A DNA stretch of 45,006 nt from a virus, in UHGV virus genome UHGV-0282798; one strand, written 5' to 3'. Position numbers and translations under genes: made by a program. Under the pieces are notes generated by a model. It was given only the letters and a program-made list of their open reading frames with translations. It ran no database searches and was not told where the DNA came from. Positions 1-8,131 of the stretch are shown one piece after another. Position 1 is the first letter of the stretch. The number at the start of each line of letters is the position of its first letter.

Positions 1-919
1 CATTAGTGTGGCCCGAGCGACCAGAGGCGTCAGGGTAAACCGTAACCGTATGGCCCGGATACCGTATCCTGACATTATTGACGAAGTCGTCGGTATTATG
101 GCTGACAAACTCATCAACAACCGTCGGGTTGCCGTCTTCAATAACGCTCACGGTGGCGCAACAGCCGCCGATGTTAAAGTCCAACCCTATGTGCAGAGCG
201 TCTCCATTCTGCAAGGTGCGGGTGGAGTCATGTGTGCTTCGTTTGAAATAGTGATACACCTTATTGGCCGTCAAACTGACAAATTCACCGTTGATATACA
301 TATCGGCCAAAGCCGCGTCGTAGTTCCTTCGTATCTGCTCGACGTAGCCTTCAGGTAAATATGGGTTCGACAATGTAGATGCCTTAATCAGTTCCGTAGA
401 ACTGTCGGCGTTAGTAACCCAATAGTCATACACAAATCCGGAGAATCCCTGGTCAGGTGTAGTCACGGCGGCAATACTGTTCCCGCCCCTACACGGTTGT
501 CGGGTACGCTCTGAAATCTTACGCCACACCAGAGACGCCTGTTCTTTAGTAAGCACGTCAAGTTCGTCTGCGACAGAATGCGCCACCTCAAAAGCGATTA
601 GACGGTTCGGGTTGTCGTATGACCTGAAAAACATAGTACCGTAACCTTTAACATGGATACTGTATTCTGATTTGTTGAGGTCATACTTAAGCCCCATCAT
701 ATTCAGGTCATCAACCACACCGGGAATGGCACGCAGCTTCAACAGGTCATACGTGGGCATGGTGTACAGGGTGTTTATCCCTCGCTCTCGCAACATGAGA
801 TACAGGAGACGCATCGTGGCCGCGCGGGACTTGCCTGCCCCCAGTCCAGCGACAATAGCTGGATGTGTCTTTGTACTGAATACAAAGTCCTGTTGGGGTT
901 CTGTTAATGGGATATCCAT
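1..919 (-). CDS. terL: Terminase large subunit, N-terminal ~306 codons (continues in frame at 44690-45006)
   Basis: Own minus-strand translation from ATG 917-919: MDIPLTEPQQDFVFSTKTHPAIVAGLGAGKS (Walker A) ... AFEVAHSVADELD (Walker B-like). Open to position 1, so absent from ORF track. ATG overlaps terS stop. Confidence 0.8.
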   Translation of the reverse strand, partial: MDIPLTEPQQDFVFSTKTHPAIVAGLGAGKSRAATMRLLYLMLRERGINTLYTMPTYDLLKLRAIPGVVDDLNMMGLKYDLNKSEYSIHVKGYGTMFFRSYDNPNRLIAFEVAHSVADELDVLTKEQASLVWRKISERTRQPCRGGNSIAAVTTPDQGFSGFVYDYWVTNADSSTELIKASTLSNPYLPEGYVEQIRRNYDAALADMYINGEFVSLTANKVYHYFKRSTHDSTRTLQNGDALHIGLDFNIGGCCATVSVIEDGNPTVVDEFVSHNTDDFVNNVRIRYPGHTVTVYPDASGRSGHTN

Positions 920-1470
920 TACTCGCCCCCCGGTTTAACAGCCTTAACGAAACGAATCTCGATAGGTTCAGAACCCTCGCCAGTCGATTCTTCTTTCTTA
1001 TTCAGCCCCAGCTTCGCAGCGGCAAACGTAGCAGAGATGCCAGCAGCCCCTGTCTCAGTGAAATACGCCTCTTCCAGCGCCTGTGCTGTTTCATAGGCTT
1101 CTGCAAACGCGGGTATCTCACGCAGCCACAGCTTGATAATCGGGATAGTGACGCCGATGTGTAGGGCAAAGCGGGCCAGTGACGGGGGTTTATCCTGAAT
1201 AAGCGGGCGTTCGTCACCCTTAGACGTAGGTACGAGTTCCCACGACGTGCGGTCGAAGAACTCGATTAACTCGTCGCAATAGTCCGGGTCCCACAACGCG
1301 GCGGAATTACGGGATGATTGATAAAGGCTCTGTTTACCGCGCGGTCGTTTACGGCGACGGTTTGCGCTAACAGCTTCTTCATGTGCAGCTTGCACCACCT
1401 CTGGCGATGGCTGCTTAAGTTTCAGCTTCATAGAATCCCCTTGCATATGCGTCTGACCATCAGAGCGCAC
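919..1470 (-). CDS. terS: Terminase small subunit (putative)
   Basis: 183-aa ORF immediately upstream of and overlapping terL; basic N-terminus, region DPDYCDELIEFF...AKLGLNKK resembles small-terminase DNA-binding proteins. Start may be internal (MKLKLKQ). Confidence 0.5.
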   Translation of the reverse strand: MRSDGQTHMQGDSMKLKLKQPSPEVVQAAHEEAVSANRRRKRPRGKQSLYQSSRNSAALWDPDYCDELIEFFDRTSWELVPTSKGDERPLIQDKPPSLARFALHIGVTIPIIKLWLREIPAFAEAYETAQALEEAYFTETGAAGISATFAAAKLGLNKKEESTGEGSEPIEIRFVKAVKPGGE

Positions 1471-1650
1471 CAGACGCGCCCTGCGCGTCTAAAGGGATTA
1501 TATAAGGGGATTGGGCGGGATGTACAGAAAAGCCCTCCGTAGAGGACTTGTATCAGTTATATAGGCCGTGTCGTGGTGCTCTTTTACCATCGCCGCCGTA
1601 ATGGTCGTTAGCTACGGCGATAGCCCATGCGTTAGGCATGATTAACAGTT

Positions 1651-1830
1651 TCATTTTAAGAATCTCAGCGCGGCGTCCGCGATACCGGACACCACTAGCC
1701 CGAAAAACATAGGCCACCAGATATATCTTGGCAGATTGGTAAATGTTTCGGGCTTAGTCCAGAAAGCCATTAAAAACGCGAGCCAAAACACCATATAACT
1801 AATGTTGCTAAGTAATTCTAAAATATTCAT
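1651..1830 (-). CDS. Small membrane protein (59 aa)
   Basis: Own translation MNILELLSNISYMVFWLAFLMAFWTKPETFTNLPRYIWWPMFFGLVVSGIADAALRFLK; two hydrophobic segments; ATGA overlap with upstream gene; below ORF-track size cutoff. Confidence 0.3.
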   Translation of the reverse strand: MNILELLSNISYMVFWLAFLMAFWTKPETFTNLPRYIWWPMFFGLVVSGIADAALRFLK

Positions 1831-2063
1831 TCCCCGCTCTCCCCTTTAGCAATGCGTTGCTCAGTTTTAGTGATACCCCGGCGCGTGAATAACACCGGGC
1901 TGGTCTTAACGTGCGTCATCAGACGGTTGTTATAAATTACGTGGCGCTCGCAATCAACGTCTTTGCTGTACTTCGCAATCGTCATTTCGTTTATGCCAGT
2001 TTGCCGGCATGTCTCGGCCATCGTGCCGAATTCTTTAATCAGGTTCGGAATGCTGGTAATCAA
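1827..2063 (-). CDS. Small helix-turn-helix-like protein
   Basis: ORF track; segment MAETCRQTGINEMTIAKYSK looks like an HTH; start may be the internal Met. Confidence 0.4.
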   Translation of the reverse strand: MITSIPNLIKEFGTMAETCRQTGINEMTIAKYSKDVDCERHVIYNNRLMTHVKTSPVLFTRRGITKTEQRIAKGESGE

Positions 2064-2341
2064 TTTGTCTCTCCTTTAGTGACAGTAATGTCTTTCTTAT
2101 CCAGGTCTACAAAAATCGTATGTGCACCGCTTGTGTAAACGTGGCACCGCGGGACTAGGCTTTCTGTGGTCCATAAAAACTCTTGCGGACGACCGGCACG
2201 CACTCTCCTAATTTCAAACTTGCCGTATTTAATGACAACCCCGTAGTTATGTGTTGCAGATGGGTTGCAGAATTTACTATAAACGGCTTCTTCTATCGCA
2301 GATTCAATATCAGTGAATCTCGAAGCAACAGTACGTGCCAT
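2060..2341 (-). CDS. Hypothetical protein
   Basis: ORF track; stop/start overlap with neighbours in a co-directional gene chain. Confidence 0.4.
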   Translation of the reverse strand: MARTVASRFTDIESAIEEAVYSKFCNPSATHNYGVVIKYGKFEIRRVRAGRPQEFLWTTESLVPRCHVYTSGAHTIFVDLDKKDITVTKGETN

Positions 2342-2344
2342 TAT

Positions 2345-2614
2345 TTACAACTCCACATACCCAACACCCCACATAACTAACATCCCGACCGCTACTCCAA
2401 TCAGAATAGATACTGTCGTATTTGCCCATGTCCGCTGGCTACGCAAAGTCTCGGCGTTCTCCAGAATGTTGCGAACACGCGTTAAGTGTTCAATCTCCAG
2501 TTTCGCGGCTATCAGTTCCTGGGATGCTTTTGAATACTTGCCGTTAATCTTGTCCAACGCTTTTTTAAGGTCTTTGTTGTTCTTCTTGAGTTGCTCAATC
2601 TGTTCCATACTCAC
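2345..2614 (-). CDS. Coiled-coil protein with C-terminal transmembrane anchor
   Basis: ORF track; N-terminal heptad-like EQIEQLKKNNKDLKKALDK, C-terminal hydrophobic stretch VSILIGVAVGMLVMWGVGYV. Confidence 0.45.
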   Translation of the reverse strand: MSMEQIEQLKKNNKDLKKALDKINGKYSKASQELIAAKLEIEHLTRVRNILENAETLRSQRTWANTTVSILIGVAVGMLVMWGVGYVEL

Positions 2615-2817
2615 CCCACTATCTCATCGCCAAGCCACGCCGTTTCTCGTATATCGTCGACCACACACGCGGCGTGCTCACGGCTAATTGCAAAAATGTA
2701 GAAGCTGAACTTCTTCCCGTCGGCGTCGATGTGGTTAACCGCGTAAGGTTTCCACAGGACGCCATCAATCACTACTGGCTCAGGCGCTTTCATCTTCTTG
2801 CCCGACAAAATTGTCAT
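2611..2817 (-). CDS. Hypothetical protein
   Basis: ORF track; overlapping stop/start with flanking genes. Confidence 0.4.
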   Translation of the reverse strand: MTILSGKKMKAPEPVVIDGVLWKPYAVNHIDADGKKFSFYIFAISREHAACVVDDIRETAWLGDEIVG

Positions 2818-3079
2818 ACAGCGGGATTATTACGTCAGCCCCGTCCTTTGAAGCTGCGGTTGCCGTGTTGTAATAAGCCAGAGAAGAACTGTCGTCACCG
2901 ACGAACAACCCAGCATACACGTTCGGTTCTTGCGTCTTAATAGCCAGTAGCTCTTTAAACGCCTTCAGCTGAAACTCACCGTTAATTGACAGTTGCCCGC
3001 CTAACGTCTGTTTCTCCGACTCTAGCACCAGAATACGGCGCTCAAGTGATGCGATTGTAATTTTAGGCATTGGTGTCAC
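2780..3079 (-). CDS. Hypothetical protein
   Basis: ORF track; start probably at a later Met to relieve overlap. Confidence 0.4.
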   Translation of the reverse strand: MTPMPKITIASLERRILVLESEKQTLGGQLSINGEFQLKAFKELLAIKTQEPNVYAGLFVGDDSSSLAYYNTATAASKDGADVIIPLYDNFVGQEDESA

Positions 3080-3248
3080 CTTTGTTCAGATTGAAGCGGT
3101 TAATCAGTTCACGGCGTGTCTCGTAAAGCGACTCAACCATTTGCTCGGCTACAGCGATTTTGGTATTCAGGACGTGCATCACGTGGCCGATGTCTACGCC
3201 GCCGTTAACAGCCTCTACCATCATCTTTTCGTATTCACGGTCGGTCAT
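3063..3248 (-). CDS. Hypothetical protein
   Basis: ORF track. Confidence 0.4.
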   Translation of the reverse strand: MTDREYEKMMVEAVNGGVDIGHVMHVLNTKIAVAEQMVESLYETRRELINRFNLNKGDTNA

Positions 3249-3403
3249 TCTTTACGCTCTCCCCACATGCGATTGAGATACTTGTTCTTGTCCGGCCCAG
3301 GGAAACTGTTACGTTTCATCAGTTCCTCGCGTGTAGGGAACGGGGTGTTACTTACTTTACTGCCTACTCGTAATGGTTGGCTTACTTGACCTTGTTCGCT
3401 CAT
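3245..3403 (-). CDS. Small ORF (52 aa)
   Basis: Own translation MSEQGQVSQPLRVGSKVSNTPFPTREELMKRNSFPGPDKNKYLNRMWGERKE; RBS AGGAGAGAAGAA before ATG 3401-3403; ATGA coupling with next gene. Confidence 0.3.
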   Translation of the reverse strand: MSEQGQVSQPLRVGSKVSNTPFPTREELMKRNSFPGPDKNKYLNRMWGERKE

Positions 3404-3549
3404 TTCTTCTCTCCTGCGTAAGCTGCTTTCAGTGTTTGCATCGCAGCGAACCAGAACGCGTCAGCGGGGATACTGCTACTAAGGTTACTAACGGCGATAC
3501 GTGCCATCAGTTGTGCGTCTTTGAATGCTTCGATATCTGTGATTTTCAT
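3400..3549 (-). CDS. Small ORF (49 aa)
   Basis: Own translation MKITDIEAFKDAQLMARIAVSNLSSSIPADAFWFAAMQTLKAAYAGEKK; RBS GAGTAGAGAAG; first gene after promoter at 3589-3617. Confidence 0.3.
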   Translation of the reverse strand: MKITDIEAFKDAQLMARIAVSNLSSSIPADAFWFAAMQTLKAAYAGEKK

Positions 3550-3588
3550 CTTCTCTACTCCGTTCTCGTTCTCGTTGTCGATGAAGTA

Positions 3589-3617
3589 AATATAATAGGG
3601 TCTACGGTAATAGTCAA
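3589..3617 (-). promoter_or_regulatory. Sigma70-type promoter (minus strand): TTGACT-17-TATATT
   Basis: Reverse complement of 3589-3617 reads TTGACT attaccgtagaccctat TATATT; sits between tandem terminators and the next minus-strand gene. Confidence 0.35.
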
Positions 3618-3639
3618 CTAGTCATTACAGAAAATAGAT

Positions 3640-3671
3640 AAAAAAAATCCCGGCTGGGTCAGGGCCGGGAT
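3640..3671 (-). terminator. Intrinsic terminator (minus strand)
   Basis: Stem ATCCCGGC (3647-3654) / GCCGGGAT (3664-3671), 9-nt loop; on the minus strand the hairpin is followed by an 8-U run (plus-strand A-run 3640-3647). Downstream of the endolysin gene. Confidence 0.6.
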
Positions 3672-3740
3672 AAAACTGGAGAGTAGAGGGATGAAGCAGG
3701 AGGTGATTTAAGTATCGTCGGATTAGTCTTAGGTGTCAAT

Positions 3741-3774
3741 TGGTAAAATAAAACCCGGATTCGCGGTCCGGGTT
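3741..3774 (-). terminator. Intrinsic terminator (minus strand)
   Basis: Stem AACCCGGA (3752-3759) / TCCGGGTT (3767-3774), loop ttcgcgg; minus-strand RNA continues UUUUAUUUUACC. First of two tandem terminators after the lysis operon. Confidence 0.55.
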
Positions 3775-3902
3775 TCGGTCATAAGCCCCTGAACCCTACG
3801 CAGTCTCCACCGCTTGGGCTGCTGCTTCAGGTTTACCAGGGCTTAGTATGCAAGCACAAGCAGCGTGGAAGTAATTTTACTAAATGCCTTCGTATTCGTC
3901 CA

Positions 3903-4439
3903 TCATTTAACGGCTCTCCCAATAGCCTCAGCCTCTTGCCACGGTTTACCGTCGAACAGCGCCAGACGCCCGGCTGCACGGCGACGCAGGCCGAGTAATG
4001 GTTTGCCGTTCTGGTTGATGAACAGCGCCAGCTTGGCACGCAGTGTTGCAATATCACCTGAGCGCAGCGCCTTACCCGTGCCAGTAGTAGCCGCAATCAC
4101 ACCAGCACCCGCGTTGTAGACCAGGTCACACACAGCGTCGAACTGCGCCTGTGTCAGTGAATGGTGCGCCACCGAATCCACCGCAGCTACGGCCTTAGCC
4201 ATATCGCGATTAAGTAACAGGAGGCCTTGTCCCGGTGTGATGGTCTTGCCTGGAGTCACGTCCGGCCCGTAGTGGCCGTAGCCAATAGTAAGGTACTTCT
4301 CATTCGGCGTAGCACGATACGCAGTTCCGCGGAATCCCTCGAACGCAGCACAGAAATGCAATCCATTATCTGAAATATTTCGAGACACGCTTATGTCCTC
4401 CGTATGACAGCCACGCCTGACGAATCTGGCGCAGCGCAA
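3903..4439 (-). CDS. Endolysin, phage lysozyme (GH24) family
   Basis: EGFRGTAYRATPNEKYLTIGYGH and LTQAQFDAVCDLVYNAGAG match T4-lysozyme-type motifs. Likely true start is GTG at 4386-4388 preceded by GGAGG (ACGGAGGACATAAGC GTG), giving about 162 aa. Confidence 0.8.
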   Translation of the reverse strand: MRCARFVRRGCHTEDISVSRNISDNGLHFCAAFEGFRGTAYRATPNEKYLTIGYGHYGPDVTPGKTITPGQGLLLLNRDMAKAVAAVDSVAHHSLTQAQFDAVCDLVYNAGAGVIAATTGTGKALRSGDIATLRAKLALFINQNGKPLLGLRRRAAGRLALFDGKPWQEAEAIGRAVK

Positions 4440-4638
4440 CTAATGTGATTAATGTCTCAGGCAGCGTAGGTGACATGCTGCCCTGTAACAGGTGGATGCA
4501 TCCGGCGGCGCAGACGATAGCAGTCAGGATATAGAGCACCCGGCCAAATAATCCGTCGTCCACGCTGGGGTGATACACATTAAACAGCGATGCGCCCCCG
4601 ATGGCCAGCATACCGCCGAACCAGAATAACTCATTCAT
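4366..4638 (-). CDS. Holin or antiholin-like membrane protein (2 TM)
   Basis: Hydrophobic segments FWFGGMLAIGGASLF and LYILTAIVCAAGCIHLL; immediately upstream of endolysin. Confidence 0.5.
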   Translation of the reverse strand: MNELFWFGGMLAIGGASLFNVYHPSVDDGLFGRVLYILTAIVCAAGCIHLLQGSMSPTLPETLITLVALRQIRQAWLSYGGHKRVSKYFR

Positions 4639-4939
4639 CCGGGCCTCCTCGACGTGAGATGTATTCCCCGGCGACGATACCGGAGAGGCGGGAATAGATG
4701 GGCATCCAGAGAATGGCGATGATGAATCCGAGGCCAGCTATCTCTCGCTCCCCAGTAATGCCAAACCATTGCGCGGCAAGAGGTGCACCAAACACGGCAC
4801 AGGTGAAGCCGGTTGCAATAAAGCAGAAGCCGTCAATGGGGCCAGAAATAACGGACTTATGTTGTCGTAGTCCGATTACCCCTCCGGCTAGCGCGGCAGC
4901 GAGAAGCCAGCCCGTCACTGTTTCAGTAAATTTATCCAA
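4631..4939 (-). CDS. Holin-like membrane protein (3 predicted TM)
   Basis: Three hydrophobic segments with a charged C-terminal tail RRGGPDE; position in lysis cassette. Confidence 0.55.
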   Translation of the reverse strand: MDKFTETVTGWLLAAALAGGVIGLRQHKSVISGPIDGFCFIATGFTCAVFGAPLAAQWFGITGEREIAGLGFIIAILWMPIYSRLSGIVAGEYISRRGGPDE

Positions 4940-4998
4940 GATGAATCCTCCAGGTGCGTATTAAGTATGCAGTAACTGGAGGATACCACGGGTAGGAA

Positions 4999-5439
4999 TT
5001 ATCCTAATAGTTGTTTGGTAATAATCTTGCCGCCGGTGTTGGTGTCGAACTTCGATGCAACAGCTACGCCGCCATGTGCTGAATAACCACATTCCATAGC
5101 CGCCAGTGCATAAGGAGAGCCGGACCCAACGGCGGCAAAACCGTCTGCAATAGGGATAACAGAGCTTAGTGCACAATCCCATGATTTATAGAACGCGACT
5201 TTATACACCTTTTCTGTGTCTTTCACGAACACAAGGGCTTCGAAATCGAAGTCGTATGATTTTGGATTAAGTACGCCATTATCACGGATTAGCATAACCC
5301 CAACTCCTGCGTCCCCGGCTACCCCAATTATGAAATGGTCATTCTCGTATATCTTTGTGTCTGTGTTGTAACAGTTACTCCCGCACACAACACAGGTGTC
5401 ACAGGCCATTGTCTTTCCGTCAAACGCGATAGTCGTCAT
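4999..5439 (-). CDS. HslV/proteasome-beta-like Ntn-hydrolase with Cys4 insertion
   Basis: N-terminus MTTIAFDG (Thr directly after initiator Met); KIYENDHFIIGVAGD parallels HslV RLYNDKVIAGFAGG; AAVGSGSPYALAA parallels HslV IAIGSGGPYAQAA; inserted CDTCVVCGSNC cluster. Confidence 0.6.
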   Translation of the reverse strand: MTTIAFDGKTMACDTCVVCGSNCYNTDTKIYENDHFIIGVAGDAGVGVMLIRDNGVLNPKSYDFDFEALVFVKDTEKVYKVAFYKSWDCALSSVIPIADGFAAVGSGSPYALAAMECGYSAHGGVAVASKFDTNTGGKIITKQLLG

Positions 5440-5786
5440 TTATGTCTCCAGATGTATTGTCGTCTCTGTGGTTTCGTCGGGATATCTTCATACCCCAGCG
5501 ATTTCCAGTAATTAAATAACCGGTTAGCGATTGCTGCGCGTTCCTGTGTTTTAAACTCACCCAGGTTAACTGCCTTCCCGTTCTGGAACCCACAGGCGCG
5601 GATAGCTTTGCGCCTGGCCTGAATCTCCGGGTACAGCGCGTTACGGCGGCGCTTGTGTATTCGGGCGGTTGCTCTCGGTGACAGCGGCACGAGGCCGCTT
5701 CGTTTCAGGATGTCAGTTGCCCGGCTCATGCCATCCTCCCACATTTCGAGCATGTCTGGAAGTCGTCCACATCGTGCATAACCCAC
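5436..5786 (-). CDS. Small AP2-like DNA-binding protein
   Basis: NGKAVNLGEFKTQERAAIANRLF resembles the AP2 core (LGxFxTxEEAAxAY). Probable start is ATG at 5727-5729 (MSRATD..., ATGA overlap with upstream stop). Confidence 0.4.
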   Translation of the reverse strand: MGYARCGRLPDMLEMWEDGMSRATDILKRSGLVPLSPRATARIHKRRRNALYPEIQARRKAIRACGFQNGKAVNLGEFKTQERAAIANRLFNYWKSLGYEDIPTKPQRRQYIWRHK

Positions 5787-6055
5787 TCATGCTTGCATAC
5801 CTGCGCATCCTCTTTACGGCAACCGGACTGCCCCGTAACATCTTCAACCCCTTCCACGTGTGTAACGGCCCCACAGTTCACGCACTCGACATAATCCGGG
5901 AACTGGTCTTTGTATTTCTGTAACTCGGCTTCGAGCGCCATTAAATCAGAGTACCGCACGCGCACATACTCGCCGCTATATTGGGCCTCCGGCGACAGTG
6001 TACGCCAGTCGAATAGTTTAATCATCACCGCGCCTCCGTAAATCGCGAAGCGCAA
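5726..6055 (-). CDS. Zn-ribbon protein, paralog A
   Basis: C-terminal SGCRKEDAQVCKHEWVMHDVDDFQTCSKCGRMA, paralogous to the C-terminus of 6465-7034. Probable start ATG 6023-6025 (MIKLFDW) preceded by GGAGG. Confidence 0.5.
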   Translation of the reverse strand: MRFAIYGGAVMIKLFDWRTLSPEAQYSGEYVRVRYSDLMALEAELQKYKDQFPDYVECVNCGAVTHVEGVEDVTGQSGCRKEDAQVCKHEWVMHDVDDFQTCSKCGRMA

Positions 6056-6335
6056 TAATCCCGTCTAACATTCCGATGGCGTGGTCGACTGTGAAATCCT
6101 CATCCTCACAAAGATTCCGCAGATGTAATACGGCCTTGACCAATTTATGGTAATCCTCTGTGTAACAAAGCTCGCCCTCTTCCGCGCGCTGTTCGTTTAA
6201 CTGAAATAGCGTTGCGCCAGGTACAGTACCAAGCGGAACAGCATTAAAAGTACGAATAGTCATGTTATTTCTCCTGTTTACCAAGTCGCTTAGGTGAGCA
6301 AATAGCGCGTACCTCTGAATCGTTGGGCTTGTCAC
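6018..6335 (-). CDS. Hypothetical protein
   Basis: ORF track; likely start at internal ATG 6261-6263 (MTIRTFNAV...). Confidence 0.4.
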   Translation of the reverse strand: MTSPTIQRYALFAHLSDLVNRRNNMTIRTFNAVPLGTVPGATLFQLNEQRAEEGELCYTEDYHKLVKAVLHLRNLCEDEDFTVDHAIGMLDGIIALRDLRRRGDD

Positions 6336-6468
6336 CCTGGAACAGGAAGTGCGCGTTCTCTGCGGCGCGTGCCGCTGACTGGCACGCCTCCATCGAGTAA
6401 AACGTTTCCGATGTCGCCAGGTGCATCTGGCCTGCGGACAGTACCCATATAAATAAGATGCTGGTCAT
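6265..6468 (-). CDS. Small protein with N-terminal hydrophobic segment
   Basis: MTSILFIWVLSAGQMHLA looks like a signal or TM segment. Confidence 0.4.
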   Translation of the reverse strand: MTSILFIWVLSAGQMHLATSETFYSMEACQSAARAAENAHFLFQGDKPNDSEVRAICSPKRLGKQEK

Positions 6469-7034
6469 TTCAGTTTAGCCCCGCAATCAAGACACTTTTT
6501 AGTAAAACCCGGCGCAAAGCCTTTGCGCAAACCGACGGTATTAGCGTGTTGGCAATCGCTCGATTCCGATTCTTGCTTACCGCATTTAGCGCAAATGAAG
6601 TAGTCCCCTTTTTCATCTAGCACCCAATCATGCTCGCATTCCTGAGTATCTTCCTTACGGCAATCAGATTGCTCAGGTTCATGCGGAAACTTATTAGCTA
6701 GAACGGATACCTGCCTACCGAGTAAATTAAGCGCTTTCTGCAGCTCTGTCTCCCGCGCCGACGCATCGCGTAACTGATTCTTAAGTGACTGCAACTCATG
6801 CGCCAGGTCTTCGCACTGGTTGTTATTTACCTGCTGACGTAAACTGTCTTTCAGCGCTCGTATTTCGTCGTCCTTACCGGCGATATGCTGCTGTAGGTTG
6901 TGAATTACCTGCTTGACCTCATCAAGGTCGGATATCCGCACAGACACATCGAAAGATGTGACATCTTTCTTATTTACCTGCTGCCGTAGCTGGTCAATCA
7001 GGTACTCGAATACTACATCATTTGCGTTCTGCAT
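6465..7034 (-). CDS. Coiled-coil protein with C-terminal Zn-ribbon, paralog B
   Basis: Long heptad-like region then SDCRKEDTQECEHDWVLDEKGDYFICAKCGKQ plus a second CxxC (CLDCG). Confidence 0.55.
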   Translation of the reverse strand: MQNANDVVFEYLIDQLRQQVNKKDVTSFDVSVRISDLDEVKQVIHNLQQHIAGKDDEIRALKDSLRQQVNNNQCEDLAHELQSLKNQLRDASARETELQKALNLLGRQVSVLANKFPHEPEQSDCRKEDTQECEHDWVLDEKGDYFICAKCGKQESESSDCQHANTVGLRKGFAPGFTKKCLDCGAKLK

Positions 7035-7161
7035 TTTTAGCCTCTCTGTTCATAAGTTCCAGTAATAACCTAGCTGTTTGGCGCTCACGGGTGTTTCTCG
7101 GTGACGAGGCGTAGAACTCTAGCACCTCGCGTGATGGTTCTTGTGCGGTTTTACTGTTCAC
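7018..7161 (-). CDS. Small basic ORF (47 aa, GTG start)
   Basis: Own translation (M)NSKTAQEPSREVLEFYASSPRNTRERQTARLLLELMNREAKNAERK; RBS GGAGAG before GTG 7159-7161; just downstream of promoter 7191-7219. Weak. Confidence 0.25.
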   Translation of the reverse strand: MNSKTAQEPSREVLEFYASSPRNTRERQTARLLLELMNREAKNAERK

Positions 7162-7190
7162 TCTGTCTCTCCACTCGTTGGTGTAAATGA

Positions 7191-7219
7191 ATAGTAGCCT
7201 ATTCTATCTCAGTGTGCAA
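7191..7219 (-). promoter_or_regulatory. Sigma70-type promoter (minus strand) TTGCAC-17-TACTAT with AATAG-N4-CTATT dyad
   Basis: Reverse complement: TTGCAC (7214-7219), 17-bp spacer, TACTAT (7191-7196); dyad AATAGTAGCCTATT at 7190-7203. Confidence 0.45.
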
Positions 7220-7525
7220 GTAAATTTTATTGGCGTGTTATAGAATCTATGAACGACAGTAACGCGCGCTCCGCTTCTGCTTCTCTTTCTTCAAGCGACC
7301 AGGTAGCGGATTCCTCTGTTGCCGTTGCTATATCTGTTTTCACATCAATCATCGTGTTGATTAACGCGATTAGTCGTTCGGCCTGTTCTTTAGTAATCAT
7401 TGTTGCATCTCCTGCAATAGTCGCTTCTATTGTTGCGTTTGGTGAAATAGAACAAAAATGAGAAAAATGATACGCTGCTGTGTAGCAGCGTAAGTCACAA
7501 AGCCAAATAGTAACCTATTGACCTG

Positions 7526-7735
7526 TTACACCAGCGATGGTGGCTCGGGTAACGGCATCCGGTGAGTTACATTAGCTTCATCGTAATAGGATGAGTCATA
7601 CGAATGAATCTCCCAACTAACATAATCTCCATATCGGAGATAGTACCCCTCGTGGACTTGTCTTAAGTCGTCGTAAACAAGTACGTCCTCGCCTTCTTCC
7701 GGCATCCGCTCACTACACTTAATCCACTCACCCAT
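7526..7735 (-). CDS. DUF551-like small protein
   Basis: WIKCSERMPEEGEDVLVYDD ... VTHRMPLPEPP matches the pattern I recall for the DUF551 family. Confidence 0.45.
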   Translation of the reverse strand: MGEWIKCSERMPEEGEDVLVYDDLRQVHEGYYLRYGDYVSWEIHSYDSSYYDEANVTHRMPLPEPPSLV

Positions 7736-7885
7736 ATCTCACCTCGGATTTGCAACAGACAACACACCAGCTTTCCACGCCCGCCACGCGAGACGAGTCT
7801 TAACGTTCAGGTACTCTTTCTTCGAACCCTTATTAACCGGCAGACCCTCGACGACGGCCCACCGTTCGAATGCTTCTCTCATAAC

Positions 7886-8131
7886 TTAGTCCTCATCATC
7901 TTCTAAGTCGGGGTACACTATGAAATCGCCAAGCCTTTGCAACTCTGCACCTGCCATAAAATAACCAAGTGCTTCGGCTCTTTCGGAATCTGTTTTAAAC
8001 TCAGACAGAGGATATCTTTCGTAGAACTTGTTAATTAATAGCGCATGGTCAAACTTAGTTGCATCATAATTTTTCATAACTAATAACTCCGATAACTTTA
8101 GATTTCTCGCGCCGGGTGCAACCATGCTCAA
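7886..8131 (-). CDS. Small protein with acidic C-terminal tail (PDLEDDED)
   Basis: ORF track; C-terminus repeats the DLEDD motif found in the SSB tail and the primase linker; start may be internal (MKNYDATK). Confidence 0.4.
   Translation of the reverse strand: MSMVAPGARNLKLSELLVMKNYDATKFDHALLINKFYERYPLSEFKTDSERAEALGYFMAGAELQRLGDFIVYPDLEDDED

Noticed and set aside
1483-1500. Palindrome GACGCGC-ccc-GCGCGTC upstream of terS as a terminator or promoter element
   Set aside because: No U-run follows on either strand; the nearby perfect TATAAT (minus strand) lacks a recognisable -35. It may be a regulator site or part of a packaging signal, but the evidence is too weak to call.
3903-4439. SAR-type (signal-anchor-release) endolysin suggested by the long N-terminal extension in the track ORF
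   Set aside because: The extension (MRCARFVRRGCHTEDIS) is not hydrophobic, and a GTG start at 4386-4388 with a GGAGG RBS gives a conventional soluble lysozyme; the extension is probably not translated.
4961-5182. 73-aa minus-strand ORF between the holin and the HslV-like gene
   Set aside because: It lies entirely within the HslV-like gene in another frame; the HslV-like frame has clear family motifs, so this is treated as a spurious overlapping ORF.
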